In this document: piece after piece, positions 48,099-59,492 of the stretch
Layout: each line of letters begins with the position of its first letter
How positions within the stretch are numbered: position 1 is the stretch's first letter
Assembly (NCBI GenBank): GCA_963793265.1
Contig: CAWBZI010000001.1
Coordinates: forward strand, 576,001-640,000
From: an uncultured cyanobacterium
GTDB lineage: Bacteria > Cyanobacteriota > Cyanobacteriia > Phormidesmidales > Phormidesmidaceae
Length of the DNA: 64,000 bases
Direction: 5' to 3'
The notes under the pieces: generated by a model
Databases searched by the model: none
What the model was told of the DNA's origin: nothing
What the model saw: the letters and a program-made list of their open reading frames with translations, nothing else
Translations under genes and position numbers: made by a program

Positions 48099-49256
48099 TT
48101 AGGGCTCTAGCTGCATTCCCGTTCGTATAAACGGACTGCTGACTTCTAAGTCGCCCGTCTTCACGCCCTTGGTCACATCTACGCCGGGCTCTCTTCGCTC
48201 GTTAAAGTCTGCGATCGCCCGATTCACTTCCGTCGCAATCTGCTCATGAGACTTGGTAACGACCGGATCGGCTTCTAAAAGCTGGAACTTGTAATAAAGC
48301 ATTTCAGAGAACTCGCCCAAATTACCCGAAAGCACCTCGGCAGGCGAAAGATTCAGCGGCCCCGTCTCAGTGATTTGCTCAATAAGCTGCGGGCTCAACG
48401 TCGCCTGAAACTGCTGAATGTAGGCCCAGGCGATAGAGCGCACTTCTGATTGCAGCTCACCTTTACGGGCGTAGCTCGCTACTTTTTGGGCCAAAGCTAC
48501 CCATTCTGGGGCTACCCAACGGCTCAGCGCGCGATCTAACTCAAACGTCTCGACCACTTTATTCACCAGCGCTCGTCCGCCCGAACGGCTTAAAGAACCA
48601 TCGTTGAGCGTGGCTACTACCGTTTGCACCAGGCTTAATAGCTCACCCGTTTTTTGCCAGTCTGTATCATCAGGTGCAAACTGCTGTAGGTAGGCGCTCA
48701 CCACGTTGCTAACGGTCGCCTCTTGTTCACGCCGCCATACGGAAACCTGCTCGGCTAAGAGCTGGGCGCTTACGTCTACGAGGGTAGGGTCTACGCCTAA
48801 GCTTTTGGAGGCTGCGATCGCCTCATCTATGAACCGCTCTAGCTGAGCATTCTCAATTTGCACAGTCGTCAAATTTGCAACAATTGCCCCGATAGTTGCC
48901 CGCAGCTCAAGATTGTTTTCAGGCTGTCCAAACGTCACCACGTAAGCGCGTAAGACATTGAGCACCTGACTCAGATTTTTAATTGAAGCAGGCTGGTTAC
49001 GCTTGGGCCGACCTGGCAGGTCGCGAGGCGGCTCAGCGCTTTGAGTAGCAGGGTTTGGGGAAGGCGCTGACGAATCTGCTGGCATATCTGGGGGCACAGA
49101 AGGCAAGGGGGTAGAAGAACGCGTTACTACGTCAGACGCTTTAGAAAAGTCTGGTGTTTCTTCATCGTTACTGGCAGGCAATGCGGGGACTTGATTATTC
49201 GTTTTTTTCTTAAAGAGACGAAATATATTGAAAAAGCGAAGAAATTTCCGAAACAT
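48099..49256 (-). CDS. Hypothetical protein
   Basis: 385-aa ORF with ATG, basic amphipathic N-terminus, Pro-rich linker and helical body. Confidence 0.7.
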   Translation of the reverse strand: MFRKFLRFFNIFRLFKKKTNNQVPALPASNDEETPDFSKASDVVTRSSTPLPSVPPDMPADSSAPSPNPATQSAEPPRDLPGRPKRNQPASIKNLSQVLNVLRAYVVTFGQPENNLELRATIGAIVANLTTVQIENAQLERFIDEAIAASKSLGVDPTLVDVSAQLLAEQVSVWRREQEATVSNVVSAYLQQFAPDDTDWQKTGELLSLVQTVVATLNDGSLSRSGGRALVNKVVETFELDRALSRWVAPEWVALAQKVASYARKGELQSEVRSIAWAYIQQFQATLSPQLIEQITETGPLNLSPAEVLSGNLGEFSEMLYYKFQLLEADPVVTKSHEQIATEVNRAIADFNERREPGVDVTKGVKTGDLEVSSPFIRTGMQLEP

Positions 49257-49324
49257 AGCTAGTTTTTATTCCCCTGATTTGATGATGCAAATCGCTGAGC
49301 CGTTAAGCTGCGGTGAAAGACAAC

Positions 49325-50323
49325 CTACGTCAACGCTAGTTCGTACTCAATAGCGCTCTGAATCGTAGCCGCGACCGACTCGGCCAAAGCACGGTAATCA
49401 TAGCCGCCTTCTAGCCCAAATAAAATCTTTGGCGTGAGGCGCATACAAGCTTGGGTAAACCAGCCGTAGTCTTCAGGCTGCAAAGAGACGCTCGCCAGCG
49501 GGTCGGCATGGTTAGCATCGTAGCCCGCACTCACAATCATAAAATCGGCATCAAAAGCCTTCAGGAATGGCTGTGCTTTAGCTTTCCAAAGCGCTTGATA
49601 GTCGGCAAGCTGACTGCCTGCTGACATTGGGATGTTGAGAACGTTATTGTGCAGGCCCGTTTCGGTAGGCGCGCCTGTGCCAGGGTAGGCCGGAGACTGA
49701 TGGAAGGAGCAGTAGGCAATGCGATCGCACGCCTCAACCAAAGACTGAGTGCCGTTACCGTGATGCACATCCCAGTCGAGAATAGCGACTCGGTTGACTT
49801 CCGGTAGATTGGCTAAAGCATAGTGGGCTGCGATCGCCGCGTTCGAGAGCAAGCAAAAGCCCATTCCCCGCGCATACTCGGCATGATGACCTGGTGGTCT
49901 AACCAGCGCAAAAGCAGGCGAGCCATATTGCCCCACCCAGTCCGCACCATCCAGCCAAGCCGCCACCGCCAGCAGCGCCAGGTCATAGCTCTGGGTGCTC
50001 ATGATAGTGTCGGCATCTACCTGCCCCCCGCCCCTTTTCGCAAAAGCCTCAAGCGCCTTCACGTAACCTGCCTCATGCACCCGATAAATGTCCGGTAATA
50101 CGGCCCTATCAGACGGATTTATCCACTGAATTTTTGTGGCCCAATCACGCTTAGAAGCCGTGCCAGAATCACTGCCATAAACATCGTTTTCTGAGTGCTT
50201 TTGTTGACAGTTCTTAAGGTAATCTACGACCGCCGTCAAACGGCCCGCATTTTCAGGGTGGGTAGCGCCCGTATCGTGGCCTAAGAATAAACTGCTATAA
50301 AAGATGGGAAACTTTTGTGCCAT
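49325..50323 (-). CDS. Histone deacetylase-family amidohydrolase
   Basis: HPENAGRL, VRPPGHHA, GMGFC, DWDVHHGNGTQ, SAGYDA, LEGGYD. Confidence 0.93.
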   Translation of the reverse strand: MAQKFPIFYSSLFLGHDTGATHPENAGRLTAVVDYLKNCQQKHSENDVYGSDSGTASKRDWATKIQWINPSDRAVLPDIYRVHEAGYVKALEAFAKRGGGQVDADTIMSTQSYDLALLAVAAWLDGADWVGQYGSPAFALVRPPGHHAEYARGMGFCLLSNAAIAAHYALANLPEVNRVAILDWDVHHGNGTQSLVEACDRIAYCSFHQSPAYPGTGAPTETGLHNNVLNIPMSAGSQLADYQALWKAKAQPFLKAFDADFMIVSAGYDANHADPLASVSLQPEDYGWFTQACMRLTPKILFGLEGGYDYRALAESVAATIQSAIEYELALT

Positions 50324-50684
50324 AAGGGTTACAGAGCATTAGACAACAGCCTATTCACAGCCCAAAGGAGCCGTAAAAAAGGGGTAAAACATGATAGAAT
50401 ATTAGCCATATTGAATGCTGCTTTAAAGCCTTACGTTACATGCCAAAAAAAGACTTCTGACCTGTTTTCTTAGGTGAGCAAACAGGTGAGCAAATAATCT
50501 AACTGATTCAATCGTTTTCAACGGTTTGCTGTTAACAGTTTGCCAACCCAATTTCTTTCTAATCTTCTATTAAGATTATTTACTGCATAGCGCCACTATT
50601 CAACTGTGGCGCTATGCAATTGAAGACCGCCATTGTCTTTCAGCCTTTCTCGTACTTTCCTCGAATTTTTCTGGAGCTTCCTAC

Positions 50685-53396
50685 ATGAGTAGTCCTCAAG
50701 AGCGCATCGTGCCAACAGACCTGCGCAATGAGATGTCTAGATCCTATCTCGAATACGCTATGAGCGTAATTGTAGGTAGAGCCCTTCCAGATGCGAGGGA
50801 TGGCCTTAAGCCAGTGCACAGGCGCATTTTGTATGCCATGCACGAGCTAGGACTGACGGCGGATAGACCCTTTCGTAAGTGCGCTCGCGTCGTCGGTGAA
50901 GTGCTCGGTAAGTACCACCCCCACGGCGATACAGCGGTGTACGACGCGCTTGTGCGAATGGCCCAAGACTTTTCCATGCGCCACCCGCTGATCAACGGCC
51001 ATGGCAACTTCGGCTCTATCGACAATGACCCGCCAGCGGCCATGAGATATACCGAGTCGCGGCTTCAGGCGCTCACGGGCGCAGCCCTGCTGCAAGATAT
51101 TGAAGCTGAAACCGTTGACTTTGCTGACAACTTTGACGGATCGCAGCAAGAGCCTGTCGTGCTGCCTGCGCGCATTCCGCAGCTCCTTATCAATGGCTCC
51201 TCGGGCATCGCCGTGGGTATGGCCACCAATATTCCGCCGCACAACTTAGGCGAAGTTATCAATGGCACTATCGCCCTAATTGACAATCCCGAACTCACCA
51301 GCATTGAGCTGATGGAGTATATTCCAGGGCCAGATTTTCCGACGGGTGCCCAGATTATGGGCACTAGGGGCATTCGCGAGGCTTACACAACGGGTCGCGG
51401 ATCGGTAACGATGCGCGGCGTGGCCAACATCGAGACGCAGGAAAATAGGGGTCGCCCCGATCGCGAAACGATCATCATCACTGAGCTGCCCTACCAAACG
51501 AACAAGGCAGCGCTGATTGAAAAAATCGCTGACATGGTGAACGAGCGCCGGTTAGAAGGCATATCCGATCTACGCGATGAGAGCGATAGAGACGGGATGC
51601 GGATCGTAATTGAACTCAAGCGTGATGCCTACCCGCGCGTAGTGCTCAACAACCTTTACAAGCAAACGCCGCTGCAAAACAACTTTGGCGTCAACATGCT
51701 GGGCTTGGTTAACGGCGAGCCTCAGCTCCTCACGCTGCGAGACTTTCTCCAGGTCTTTCTCGACTTCCGCGTTGAAACCATCACCCGCCGTACGCGCTAC
51801 CAGTTGCGCAAAGCTCAAGAGCGCGATCACCTCTTGCAGGGCTATCTAATTGCCTTAGACAACCTAGACGCGGTAATTGCGCTCATTCGGGGCTCTGCGG
51901 ATGCGGCATCGGCAAAGGCTGAGCTAATTGAGTCTTACGGATTTTCGAGCACGCAGGCCGATGCCATTTTGCAGATGCAGTTGCGCCGACTGACGGCTTT
52001 AGAAGCTGAGAAGATTCAGCAGGAGCACGAGGAGCTAACGAATCGGATTGCCGATCTTGAAGATATTTTGGCGAATCGTGATCGCATTCTCAGCATCATC
52101 AAGTCAGAGATCACAGCCATTCGTGACGCTCATGCCAACGAGCGCCGCACCGTCCTCGAAGCCGACGAAAACGATCTTTCAGACATCTCGCTAATTGCCA
52201 ACGAGCAAGTAGCCATTCTAGTCACCGAGCAAGGCTATATCAAGCGAATGCTGGTAGATACCTTTGAGGCGCAAAACCGAGCCACACGCGGTAAGTCTGG
52301 CACCCGCATGAAGGACGATGACGGCATTGAGCACTTCATGACCTGCTGTAGCCATGACCACGTGATTTTCTTCACCGATAGAGGCGTGGCTTATTCGCTC
52401 AGAGCCTATCAAATCCCTGAAAGCTCACGCACGGCCAAAGGCTATCCCCTCGTACAAATGCTGCCGATTCCTAAGGAGGAAAAGGTGACTTCTGTCATTA
52501 GCGCTAGCGAATTTAGTGAAGACGAGTACCTGGTCATGCTCACTCAGGGCGGTTTTGTAAAAAAGACCGCACTCTCCGCCTTCAGTCGGATTCGTACCAA
52601 CGGCCTAATTGCGATTTCTTTAGAAGAAGGTGACGAGCTGAGATGGGTACGCCTAGCGCGCGCTGAAGATAGCATTCTCATTGGCTCTCAGCGCGGTATG
52701 ACGATTCACTTTAAGACCGATCATGCTCAGCTCCGTCCGTTGGGTAGACCGACTAAAGGCGTCAGGGCGATGTCTTTGCGAGAGGGCGATCGCCTAATCA
52801 GCATGGATATCCTTTCTTCTCAAATCGTTGCAGCTATTGAGGCCGCTACCGCCGAAGCCGCTGACGACGACAGCGAAGATGAGGTCACTGTTGATCAGGG
52901 GCCATGGGTACTGGTCGTATCAGCCGGTGGATTGGGCAAGCGCGTGCCGGTTTCTAACTTCCGCCTGCAAAATCGAGCGGGCATGGGGCTCGTCGCGATA
53001 AAGTTCCGCAAGGATGATGACGAGCTAGTCGCGCTCAGGATTGCGGGCGCAGAAGATGAGCTGATGATTGTCAGTCAGCGCGGCATTATTATGCGGCAGG
53101 CCATTGATGCGATTTCGGTTCAGTCGCGGATGGCAACAGGCGTGCAGTTGCAGCGGTTGGATAGTGATGATGCGATCGCCGCTGTTGCCCTCGTACCTCA
53201 CCTTGAAGAAGAGGATGACTTGCCCTCAGAAGACACCGCTGAAGTGATTGCTGAAACTATTGCCGAAACGCAGGTCATCGCTGACCTAGAAGCTGCTGCC
53301 GAAGAAGGAGAAGCCGTTGATGAAGCTCACGACGCCCTAATGCTGCTACAGCAGGAAGCCGCCGCCGAAGCTGACAGCGAGCCTACCGATAGCTAG
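50685..53396 (+). CDS. gyrA: DNA gyrase subunit A
   Basis: [29 protein letters not shown] (catalytic Tyr), GyrA-box-like QNRATRG, C-terminal beta-pinwheel and acidic tail. Confidence 0.96.
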   Translation: MSSPQERIVPTDLRNEMSRSYLEYAMSVIVGRALPDARDGLKPVHRRILYAMHELGLTADRPFRKCARVVGEVLGKYHPHGDTAVYDALVRMAQDFSMRHPLINGHGNFGSIDNDPPAAMRYTESRLQALTGAALLQDIEAETVDFADNFDGSQQEPVVLPARIPQLLINGSSGIAVGMATNIPPHNLGEVINGTIALIDNPELTSIELMEYIPGPDFPTGAQIMGTRGIREAYTTGRGSVTMRGVANIETQENRGRPDRETIIITELPYQTNKAALIEKIADMVNERRLEGISDLRDESDRDGMRIVIELKRDAYPRVVLNNLYKQTPLQNNFGVNMLGLVNGEPQLLTLRDFLQVFLDFRVETITRRTRYQLRKAQERDHLLQGYLIALDNLDAVIALIRGSADAASAKAELIESYGFSSTQADAILQMQLRRLTALEAEKIQQEHEELTNRIADLEDILANRDRILSIIKSEITAIRDAHANERRTVLEADENDLSDISLIANEQVAILVTEQGYIKRMLVDTFEAQNRATRGKSGTRMKDDDGIEHFMTCCSHDHVIFFTDRGVAYSLRAYQIPESSRTAKGYPLVQMLPIPKEEKVTSVISASEFSEDEYLVMLTQGGFVKKTALSAFSRIRTNGLIAISLEEGDELRWVRLARAEDSILIGSQRGMTIHFKTDHAQLRPLGRPTKGVRAMSLREGDRLISMDILSSQIVAAIEAATAEAADDDSEDEVTVDQGPWVLVVSAGGLGKRVPVSNFRLQNRAGMGLVAIKFRKDDDELVALRIAGAEDELMIVSQRGIIMRQAIDAISVQSRMATGVQLQRLDSDDAIAAVALVPHLEEEDDLPSEDTAEVIAETIAETQVIADLEAAAEEGEAVDEAHDALMLLQQEAAAEADSEPTDS

Positions 53397-53437
53397 TTCT
53401 CTAAGTAGCTGGTACAAAGTCAACAAACTAAATTAGC

Positions 53438-53480
53438 AAAGCCGCTATCGATCCTAAAGCAGATCGGTAGCGGCTTTTTT
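53438..53480 (+). terminator. Rho-independent terminator of gyrA
   Basis: AAAGCCGCTATCGATC...GATCGGTAGCGGCTTTTTT. Confidence 0.8.
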
Positions 53481-53770
53481 GTATAAAGAATCTGCCTTTG
53501 GATAGTCATCATTATTGCCTCGCCGAGCTAACCTCCCGTAACCGCTGATTCGGTTGACTCGTTTTTTGAATTAATTTCGTTAAACGATCACCATTCACAT
53601 CACAAGGCATAGGTGATACGCATCACAAACAAGCCTTTAGCAACGCCTAAAAGATAGATACATAGCAAGCACTTTGTTAAAAAGGTTCGCTAATCTCCGT
53701 GGATTCCCGTTGCGATCAACACTAAAGCTGTACCCTATTTCTAAATATCAGCAAAACTTGCTGATAGCTG

Positions 53771-55483
53771 ATGCTAGCGTTCCAAACACACCAAACTTCA
53801 CCAGACTCAAACCAAAATATGATTCATCTAATGCCGCCCCCAGCAATGGGTAGTAGCTTAGTCGGGTTCGGCCCATCCCCAACCCTTGCTCAGACCGTTG
53901 TCGAAGCAGACAACTTCTCTGAGCTTTGGGCTAGCCTGCTTGCCTTCGTGCCCACACTCATAGGGGCCTTAATATTCCTGATTGGCGGGCTCATTCTTGC
54001 CTATGCCGTTGCCTGGATAATTAAGAACCTGCTCAAAAAGACGACCATCGACGAACGAATCGGGGCTGCGATTAGTGGCTCATCCACCAATCATCTCAAC
54101 CTATCCAAATGGATCAGCGATGGTATTTTTTGGATAATTGCCATACTGGCCATTATTGGCTTTCTCAATGCCCTGAACCTAGAAGTGGTATCAGAGCCGT
54201 TGAGCAATCTCATCGACACCGTACTTCAGTATATTCCGCGCATCATTAGCGCAGGCGTGTTGCTACTCGTTGCATGGATTATTGCAACCGTTGTCAAAAC
54301 GATTGTTAACCGCATCTTTGAAGGCTTTAACTTAGACGACAAGCTAGCTGAGAACACAGGCGTCGATCCCCGAGAGAATTCCATTCGCATCCACGAAACT
54401 CTAGGAACTGCGCTCTATTGGTTCGTATTTCTGCTGTTTTTGCCGCCCGTGCTCAACGCGTTAGACCTCAATGGTTTGCTCGCGCCGGTTCAGAATTTAC
54501 TTGACCAGTTCCTATCAGCGATTCCTAAGATCATCTTTGCGCTGTTGCTATTTGGTGCAGGCTGGCTAGTTGCCAAAATCGTTCGCGGTATTGTCACAAA
54601 CTTACTATCGGCTACTGGCATAGACAACATCGGTCATCGCGTGGGCTTAGCACGTACGCCCGCTACCACAAGCGGAATCTCACTTTCTGGGCTAATCGGC
54701 ACCATCGTCTATGTCTTAATCCTGATTCCGTTTGCTATATCTGCCCTCCAAGCACTAGATATTGAGGCCATCTCTGATCCGGCTGTCAACATGCTTGACC
54801 AGGTGTTGACGTTCATTCCGTTGCTGATCACTGCAGGCGCTGTACTCGCAGGGTTCTACTTTATCGGTCGGTTTGTCAGTGAGCTGGTTACAGGCTTGCT
54901 AGAAAGCGTTGGCTTCAACAGCATTCTCGACTCTTTGGGTCTTCCTGAAATGTCGCGATCCACGCCGCCAGTGCCACCCACGACGCCCGTTGCTGACTTG
55001 GGTGCCCCTGGGGCCACGATGATTCAGCCACCGACTGATACGCCTCAAAGCAAGACGCCTTCTGAAGTAGCTGGCTGGATTGCACTGGTAGGCATTGTGC
55101 TCTTTGGCGTTGTGACTGCAACTGAAATCCTTCAGCTCACACAGCTCACGCTGATTGTTCGCGCGGTCATGGAAATCGCGGCTCAAGTACTTGTCGGTGT
55201 GCTCATCTTTGCAATTGGCCTATATATCGCTAATTTGGCCTATCGCCTGATCAAAAGCAGTGGCGCTTCTAACATGTTGGCGCAAGCTGCCAGAGTGGTT
55301 ATTCTCGTGTTTGTTGGTGCTCTGTCACTCGCACAGATGGGTGTTGCGCCTAGCATTGTGAACCTGGCGTTTGGTTTGCTACTGGGCGCGGTTGCGATTG
55401 CAATTGCAGTCGCTTTCGGCTTAGGTGGCCGAGACGTTGCTGGCGAACAGCTCAAAGAATGGCTTAGCGATCTTAAAAAGTAA
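53771..55483 (+). CDS. TM-helix-repeat membrane protein (CmpX / MscS-associated type)
   Basis: Repeated units such as FVPTLIGALI, YIPRIISAGV, AIPKIIFAL, FIPLLITAG; terminal AFGLGGRDVA; start uncertain. Confidence 0.82.
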   Translation: MLAFQTHQTSPDSNQNMIHLMPPPAMGSSLVGFGPSPTLAQTVVEADNFSELWASLLAFVPTLIGALIFLIGGLILAYAVAWIIKNLLKKTTIDERIGAAISGSSTNHLNLSKWISDGIFWIIAILAIIGFLNALNLEVVSEPLSNLIDTVLQYIPRIISAGVLLLVAWIIATVVKTIVNRIFEGFNLDDKLAENTGVDPRENSIRIHETLGTALYWFVFLLFLPPVLNALDLNGLLAPVQNLLDQFLSAIPKIIFALLLFGAGWLVAKIVRGIVTNLLSATGIDNIGHRVGLARTPATTSGISLSGLIGTIVYVLILIPFAISALQALDIEAISDPAVNMLDQVLTFIPLLITAGAVLAGFYFIGRFVSELVTGLLESVGFNSILDSLGLPEMSRSTPPVPPTTPVADLGAPGATMIQPPTDTPQSKTPSEVAGWIALVGIVLFGVVTATEILQLTQLTLIVRAVMEIAAQVLVGVLIFAIGLYIANLAYRLIKSSGASNMLAQAARVVILVFVGALSLAQMGVAPSIVNLAFGLLLGAVAIAIAVAFGLGGRDVAGEQLKEWLSDLKK

Positions 55484-55545
55484 GCGAAGCAAAGGGCTGT
55501 AGCAATAACGAATAATGATTTAGTCAAGCTACAGCCTTATTTCTC

Positions 55546-55594
55546 AAAACCCGTCGCTGTCAGGATTTTTTCCTTCAGCGGCGGGTTTCGTTTT
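55546..55594 (+). terminator. Terminator hairpin
   Basis: AAACCCGTCGCTG...CAGCGGCGGGTTT followed by a T-rich tract. Confidence 0.7.
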
Positions 55595-55687
55595 AAAGCC
55601 TTGCTATACAATTAGGCTCTGAAGTGTAAAAAGCGACTCCAAAGCAATAGACCCTGTAGAAAAAGCCCATTAAAAACCAATACCTCA

Positions 55688-55894
55688 ATGAAAAGCAATG
55701 AGCTTGCAAGATACATAGAAGCCACTGACGGTATGGGCAAACCCTGGCTGCTCGTTCAGCTTCGACTCGCCAAACTAAAAGAGCGCCGCCACGAACTCAC
55801 CACTGAAGAATTTAATGATCAGCTCGCCGAACTCCACGCAGAGCTGATGAAGCTAGGGCAGTGGTGGGTGGGTCAAGAAAAAGATGTGTTTTAA
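55688..55894 (+). CDS. Small cyanobacterial hypothetical protein
   Basis: 68 aa, LARYIEATDGMGKPWLLVQLRL...LGQWWVGQE; directly upstream of ppk1. Confidence 0.8.
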   Translation: MKSNELARYIEATDGMGKPWLLVQLRLAKLKERRHELTTEEFNDQLAELHAELMKLGQWWVGQEKDVF

Positions 55895-55928
55895 AACCTA
55901 TTCAATTTAAGTTCAAGCCGTAAAGCGT

Positions 55929-58193
55929 ATGAGTAAGGCCCCAACTAACCATAAAAGCGGTGGTCAACCGGCTACTAAAGCTGAAACCAAATTAGCCGAT
56001 GAAAAACAAGGTAATAGCAAAAATCAGAGCAAAGCAGCAAAGCATATCTCCACCGAAAAGATCTCTTTGGGCGATACGCAGTGGTATCTCAGCCGCGAAC
56101 TAAGCTGGCTAGAGTTCAACCGCAGAGTGCTCCACGAAGCCTTGGACGAACGCACACCGCTGCTAGAGCGTCTTAAGTTTCTAGCCATCTTCAGCGCAAA
56201 CTTAGACGAATATTTTATGGTGCGCGTCGCCGTCACCAAACAGCAGATAGACGCCAGTGTTAGCAAGCGCACGCCCGATGGCCGTAATCCGGTAGAGCAG
56301 CTACAGGCCATCAGCCAGCGACTCAGGCCGATGATTGCGCAGATGCATCATTATTTTCAGGCAGACTTGCGATCGCTAATGACCCAAGACGGTATCTATT
56401 TACTGAGCTATCCAGACTTAACGCCAGAGCAAAGCGCCTATCTCGATACATACTTCAACGAACAAGTATTTCCCGTACTTACGCCCTTAGCCGTAGATTC
56501 TGGACATCCCTTTCCATACATCTCTAACCTCAGCTTGAATTTAGCCGTTGAGATTCAAGATAAGGAATCTAATGAGTCTCATTTTGCACGGGTGAAAGTG
56601 CCTAAGGTTCTGCCAAGGTTTGTGCAGATTCCAGAAAGCTTGCGACCCGCGATCGCGCCCGACTCTAAAGATTCTGCTGCCGGGCCGCCCTGCCATTGGA
56701 TAGGCGTACCGATGGAGCAAGTCATCGCGCACAACATCGCCGCGCTGTTTCCAGGAATGGAGGTCATAGACTGCCATTCATTTCGCATTACCCGCAACGC
56801 AGATTTGGCCCTAGAAGAAGACGAAGCGGATGATTTGATGCTGGCAATTGAGCAGGAGCTGCGCAAGCGTAGGCTAGGCGGGTCTGTGGTGAGGATGGAG
56901 CTAGAGTCGGGAATGAACCCGGACATGCGCAACACGCTCATGAACGAACTGAATATCAAAGAAGAAGACGTTTACGAAGTAGAAGGGCCGCTAGGCTTTG
57001 CCGATCTCATGAGCCTGATGGGGTTGCCGCTACCTGAGCTTAAAGATCCGCGCTGGTCACCTGTTACGCCGCCTTCTTGGAAAAACGCGGCTCAGGCTGA
57101 AGGTGACGATGTATTTGGCCTAATTCGCAGACGCGATCGCCTCGTCCACCATCCTTACCACGCCTTTTCTGGCACGGTTCAAGCCTTCATTACTCAGGCA
57201 GCTATCGACCCTGACGTACTCGCCATCAAAATGACGCTGTACCGAACCTCGGGCGACTCTCCGATTGTCAACGCCTTGATCAAAGCCGCTGAAAATGGCA
57301 AGCAGGTCGTTGCCTTAGTAGAACTCAAGGCCAGGTTTGACGAAGAAAATAATATCAACTGGGCTCGTACGCTAGAGCGTTCAGGTGTCCATGTTGTATA
57401 TGGGCTCATGGGACTAAAAACCCACACCAAAGTCGCGCTCGTCGTCCGCCGCGAAAAAGATATGATTCGCCGCTACGTGCACATTGGCACTGGCAACTAC
57501 AATCCTAAAACAGCAAAGCTCTATACCGATCTAGGCTTACTGAGCTGTCGGCCTGAGCTAGGCACCGACCTTACAGACTTATTCAACTATCTAACGGGCT
57601 ACTCTAAGCAGCAGTCATATCAGAAGCTATTGATTGCGCCAGTTAGCTTGCGATCGCAAATGACTGAGTACATTCGTCATGAGGCTAAACTTGCAGCCGA
57701 CGGCAAAGAAGGCCGCATTATCGTCAAAATGAACGCCCTTGTCGATCACAAAATGATTGCCGAACTCTATAAGGCATCGCAAGCGGGTGTACAGATAGAC
57801 CTGATCGTGCGGGGTATCTGCTGCCTGCGTCCTGGCATTCCAGGGCTGAGCGAAAACATCCGAGTCATCAGCGTTATTGGTCGGTTTTTAGAACACTCTC
57901 GTATCTTTTACTTCCAAAATGGCGATCAAAACGGCAGCGCAGCCCGCTACTACATTGGATCAGCCGACTGGATGCCGCGCAATCTTGACCGCAGAGTAGA
58001 AGCGCTCGTGCCTATAGAAGATCCGTCCTTACAGAAAGAGCTTTTTGAACTACTAAACATCTGCTTAGAAGACAATCGTAAGGCTTGGGAAATGCAGTCC
58101 GACGGTACTTATATTCAAAGACATCCTCAAAAGGGAGAGCCTAAACGAAACACCCATAAGATTCTGATGAAGAAAGCGCTTAGCCAGCGTTAG
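55929..58193 (+). CDS. ppk1: Polyphosphate kinase 1
   Basis: RELSWLEFNRRVL, HHPYHAF, IKMTLYRTS, ELKARFDEENN, TGNYN, RFLEHSR, SADWMPRNLDRRVE. Confidence 0.97.
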   Translation: MSKAPTNHKSGGQPATKAETKLADEKQGNSKNQSKAAKHISTEKISLGDTQWYLSRELSWLEFNRRVLHEALDERTPLLERLKFLAIFSANLDEYFMVRVAVTKQQIDASVSKRTPDGRNPVEQLQAISQRLRPMIAQMHHYFQADLRSLMTQDGIYLLSYPDLTPEQSAYLDTYFNEQVFPVLTPLAVDSGHPFPYISNLSLNLAVEIQDKESNESHFARVKVPKVLPRFVQIPESLRPAIAPDSKDSAAGPPCHWIGVPMEQVIAHNIAALFPGMEVIDCHSFRITRNADLALEEDEADDLMLAIEQELRKRRLGGSVVRMELESGMNPDMRNTLMNELNIKEEDVYEVEGPLGFADLMSLMGLPLPELKDPRWSPVTPPSWKNAAQAEGDDVFGLIRRRDRLVHHPYHAFSGTVQAFITQAAIDPDVLAIKMTLYRTSGDSPIVNALIKAAENGKQVVALVELKARFDEENNINWARTLERSGVHVVYGLMGLKTHTKVALVVRREKDMIRRYVHIGTGNYNPKTAKLYTDLGLLSCRPELGTDLTDLFNYLTGYSKQQSYQKLLIAPVSLRSQMTEYIRHEAKLAADGKEGRIIVKMNALVDHKMIAELYKASQAGVQIDLIVRGICCLRPGIPGLSENIRVISVIGRFLEHSRIFYFQNGDQNGSAARYYIGSADWMPRNLDRRVEALVPIEDPSLQKELFELLNICLEDNRKAWEMQSDGTYIQRHPQKGEPKRNTHKILMKKALSQR

Positions 58194-58220
58194 TCAGTCT
58201 GCCGTCATTGAGCAAATCGA

Positions 58221-58436
58221 TTATTCAAACTTTTCTAGCTGATCGAGCTTTAGCCAGGCATTAGGCGTCGGCACTCGTCCAAACTTGACCAGAGCGTAGT
58301 CATCGCGAGTGTCTAAAATTTCGCCTTTAGTATCAAACACGTAGCTAGAGAGGCGGCGATCGCTAGCCTTCGCTTCCACGCTATTTTCAAACTTCTCGCG
58401 CACCAAACGAACAAAATCCCCTTTTTTAACCGGCAT
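58221..58436 (-). CDS. ndhO: NDH-1 subunit O
   Basis: [10 protein letters not shown]...[15 protein letters not shown]...GEIL...VPTPNAWL. Confidence 0.92.
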   Translation of the reverse strand: MPVKKGDFVRLVREKFENSVEAKASDRRLSSYVFDTKGEILDTRDDYALVKFGRVPTPNAWLKLDQLEKFE

Positions 58437-58556
58437 AGGTGAAGCTCTCAACTATAAATATCTAGCGTTCATTGTATCGTTCTAGGCGATCGTGCGCTGA
58501 TTAATCACATCACTCTATTGATGCTATGTACTGATGCTATGTACGACCGCCTGCGG

Positions 58557-59441
58557 CTACTTCTGGCAGCTAGGACAGTAGTGCGCCGAACGCCCAGCTA
58601 AAGACACACGAACGATTTCACGCTCACACTCACGACAGGGCTCACCTTCTCTGCCATAGACCCAGGCCACCCCACCATAGTTGCCATTCGTACCGTGAAC
58701 ATCACGGAAGTCACTAAAGGTCGTGCCGCCGGATTCAATGCTAGTCGTCAATACCTGAACAATGGCTTTATGTAGCTTTGTGATGCGTTTTTTAGAGAGG
58801 CGATCGCACATCACCTCAGGCCGAATACCGCTCATAAAAAGCGCCTCGTCGGCATAGATATTACCAATTCCAGCTACCAGCTTTTGATCTAATAGCGCAT
58901 TCTTAATCGGCCTTTTGCGCCCCTTCAAAGCATCGACCAGATAGCCCACCGAAAAGTCTTCCGAAAAAGGCTCAGGCCCCAAATTATTCAGCCCAGTCAT
59001 CACATCCTCAACAGGCCGATCGGGCGGCACCCACCACAGACGCCCAAACGTTCGCTGATCGACATATCGTAGCTCTCTACCACCGTCAAAAAACAGCCGA
59101 ACCCGACAGTGCGTTTGCAGCGCCTCATCTTGAGACACCCAAAGTAGCTGCCCGGTCATTCGGAGATGAACCCCTAGCCAGCCAGCCGCCCTAGTACGAT
59201 CTTCAGCGCCATTTTTAGCGTGATCGCCCGATTCCGAACGCCTTAGCTCACCCAGCAAATACTTTCCTCGACGGTGCCAAGTCGCTAAATGAGCACCTTC
59301 TATGCCCACCAGAAAGCTATCAGACTGCTCAGGATAGGCAATCGTACGCGCCAGCCGAACGTCTCCACCTCGAACCGGCTGATTTAACGAAACTCGGTTA
59401 AGCCCTCGGCGGACAGTTTCTACTTCAGGTAGCTCGGGCAC
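58557..59441 (-). CDS. mutM: Formamidopyrimidine-DNA glycosylase
   Basis: PELPEVE, RRGKYL, HLRMTG, LLDQ..VAGIGNIYADE, C-terminal zinc finger. Confidence 0.97.
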   Translation of the reverse strand: MPELPEVETVRRGLNRVSLNQPVRGGDVRLARTIAYPEQSDSFLVGIEGAHLATWHRRGKYLLGELRRSESGDHAKNGAEDRTRAAGWLGVHLRMTGQLLWVSQDEALQTHCRVRLFFDGGRELRYVDQRTFGRLWWVPPDRPVEDVMTGLNNLGPEPFSEDFSVGYLVDALKGRKRPIKNALLDQKLVAGIGNIYADEALFMSGIRPEVMCDRLSKKRITKLHKAIVQVLTTSIESGGTTFSDFRDVHGTNGNYGGVAWVYGREGEPCRECEREIVRVSLAGRSAHYCPSCQK

Positions 59442-59492
59442 TGCGATCGCCTTTCAACAAATTATCTCAATCAAATACATTCAAACCAGCAC

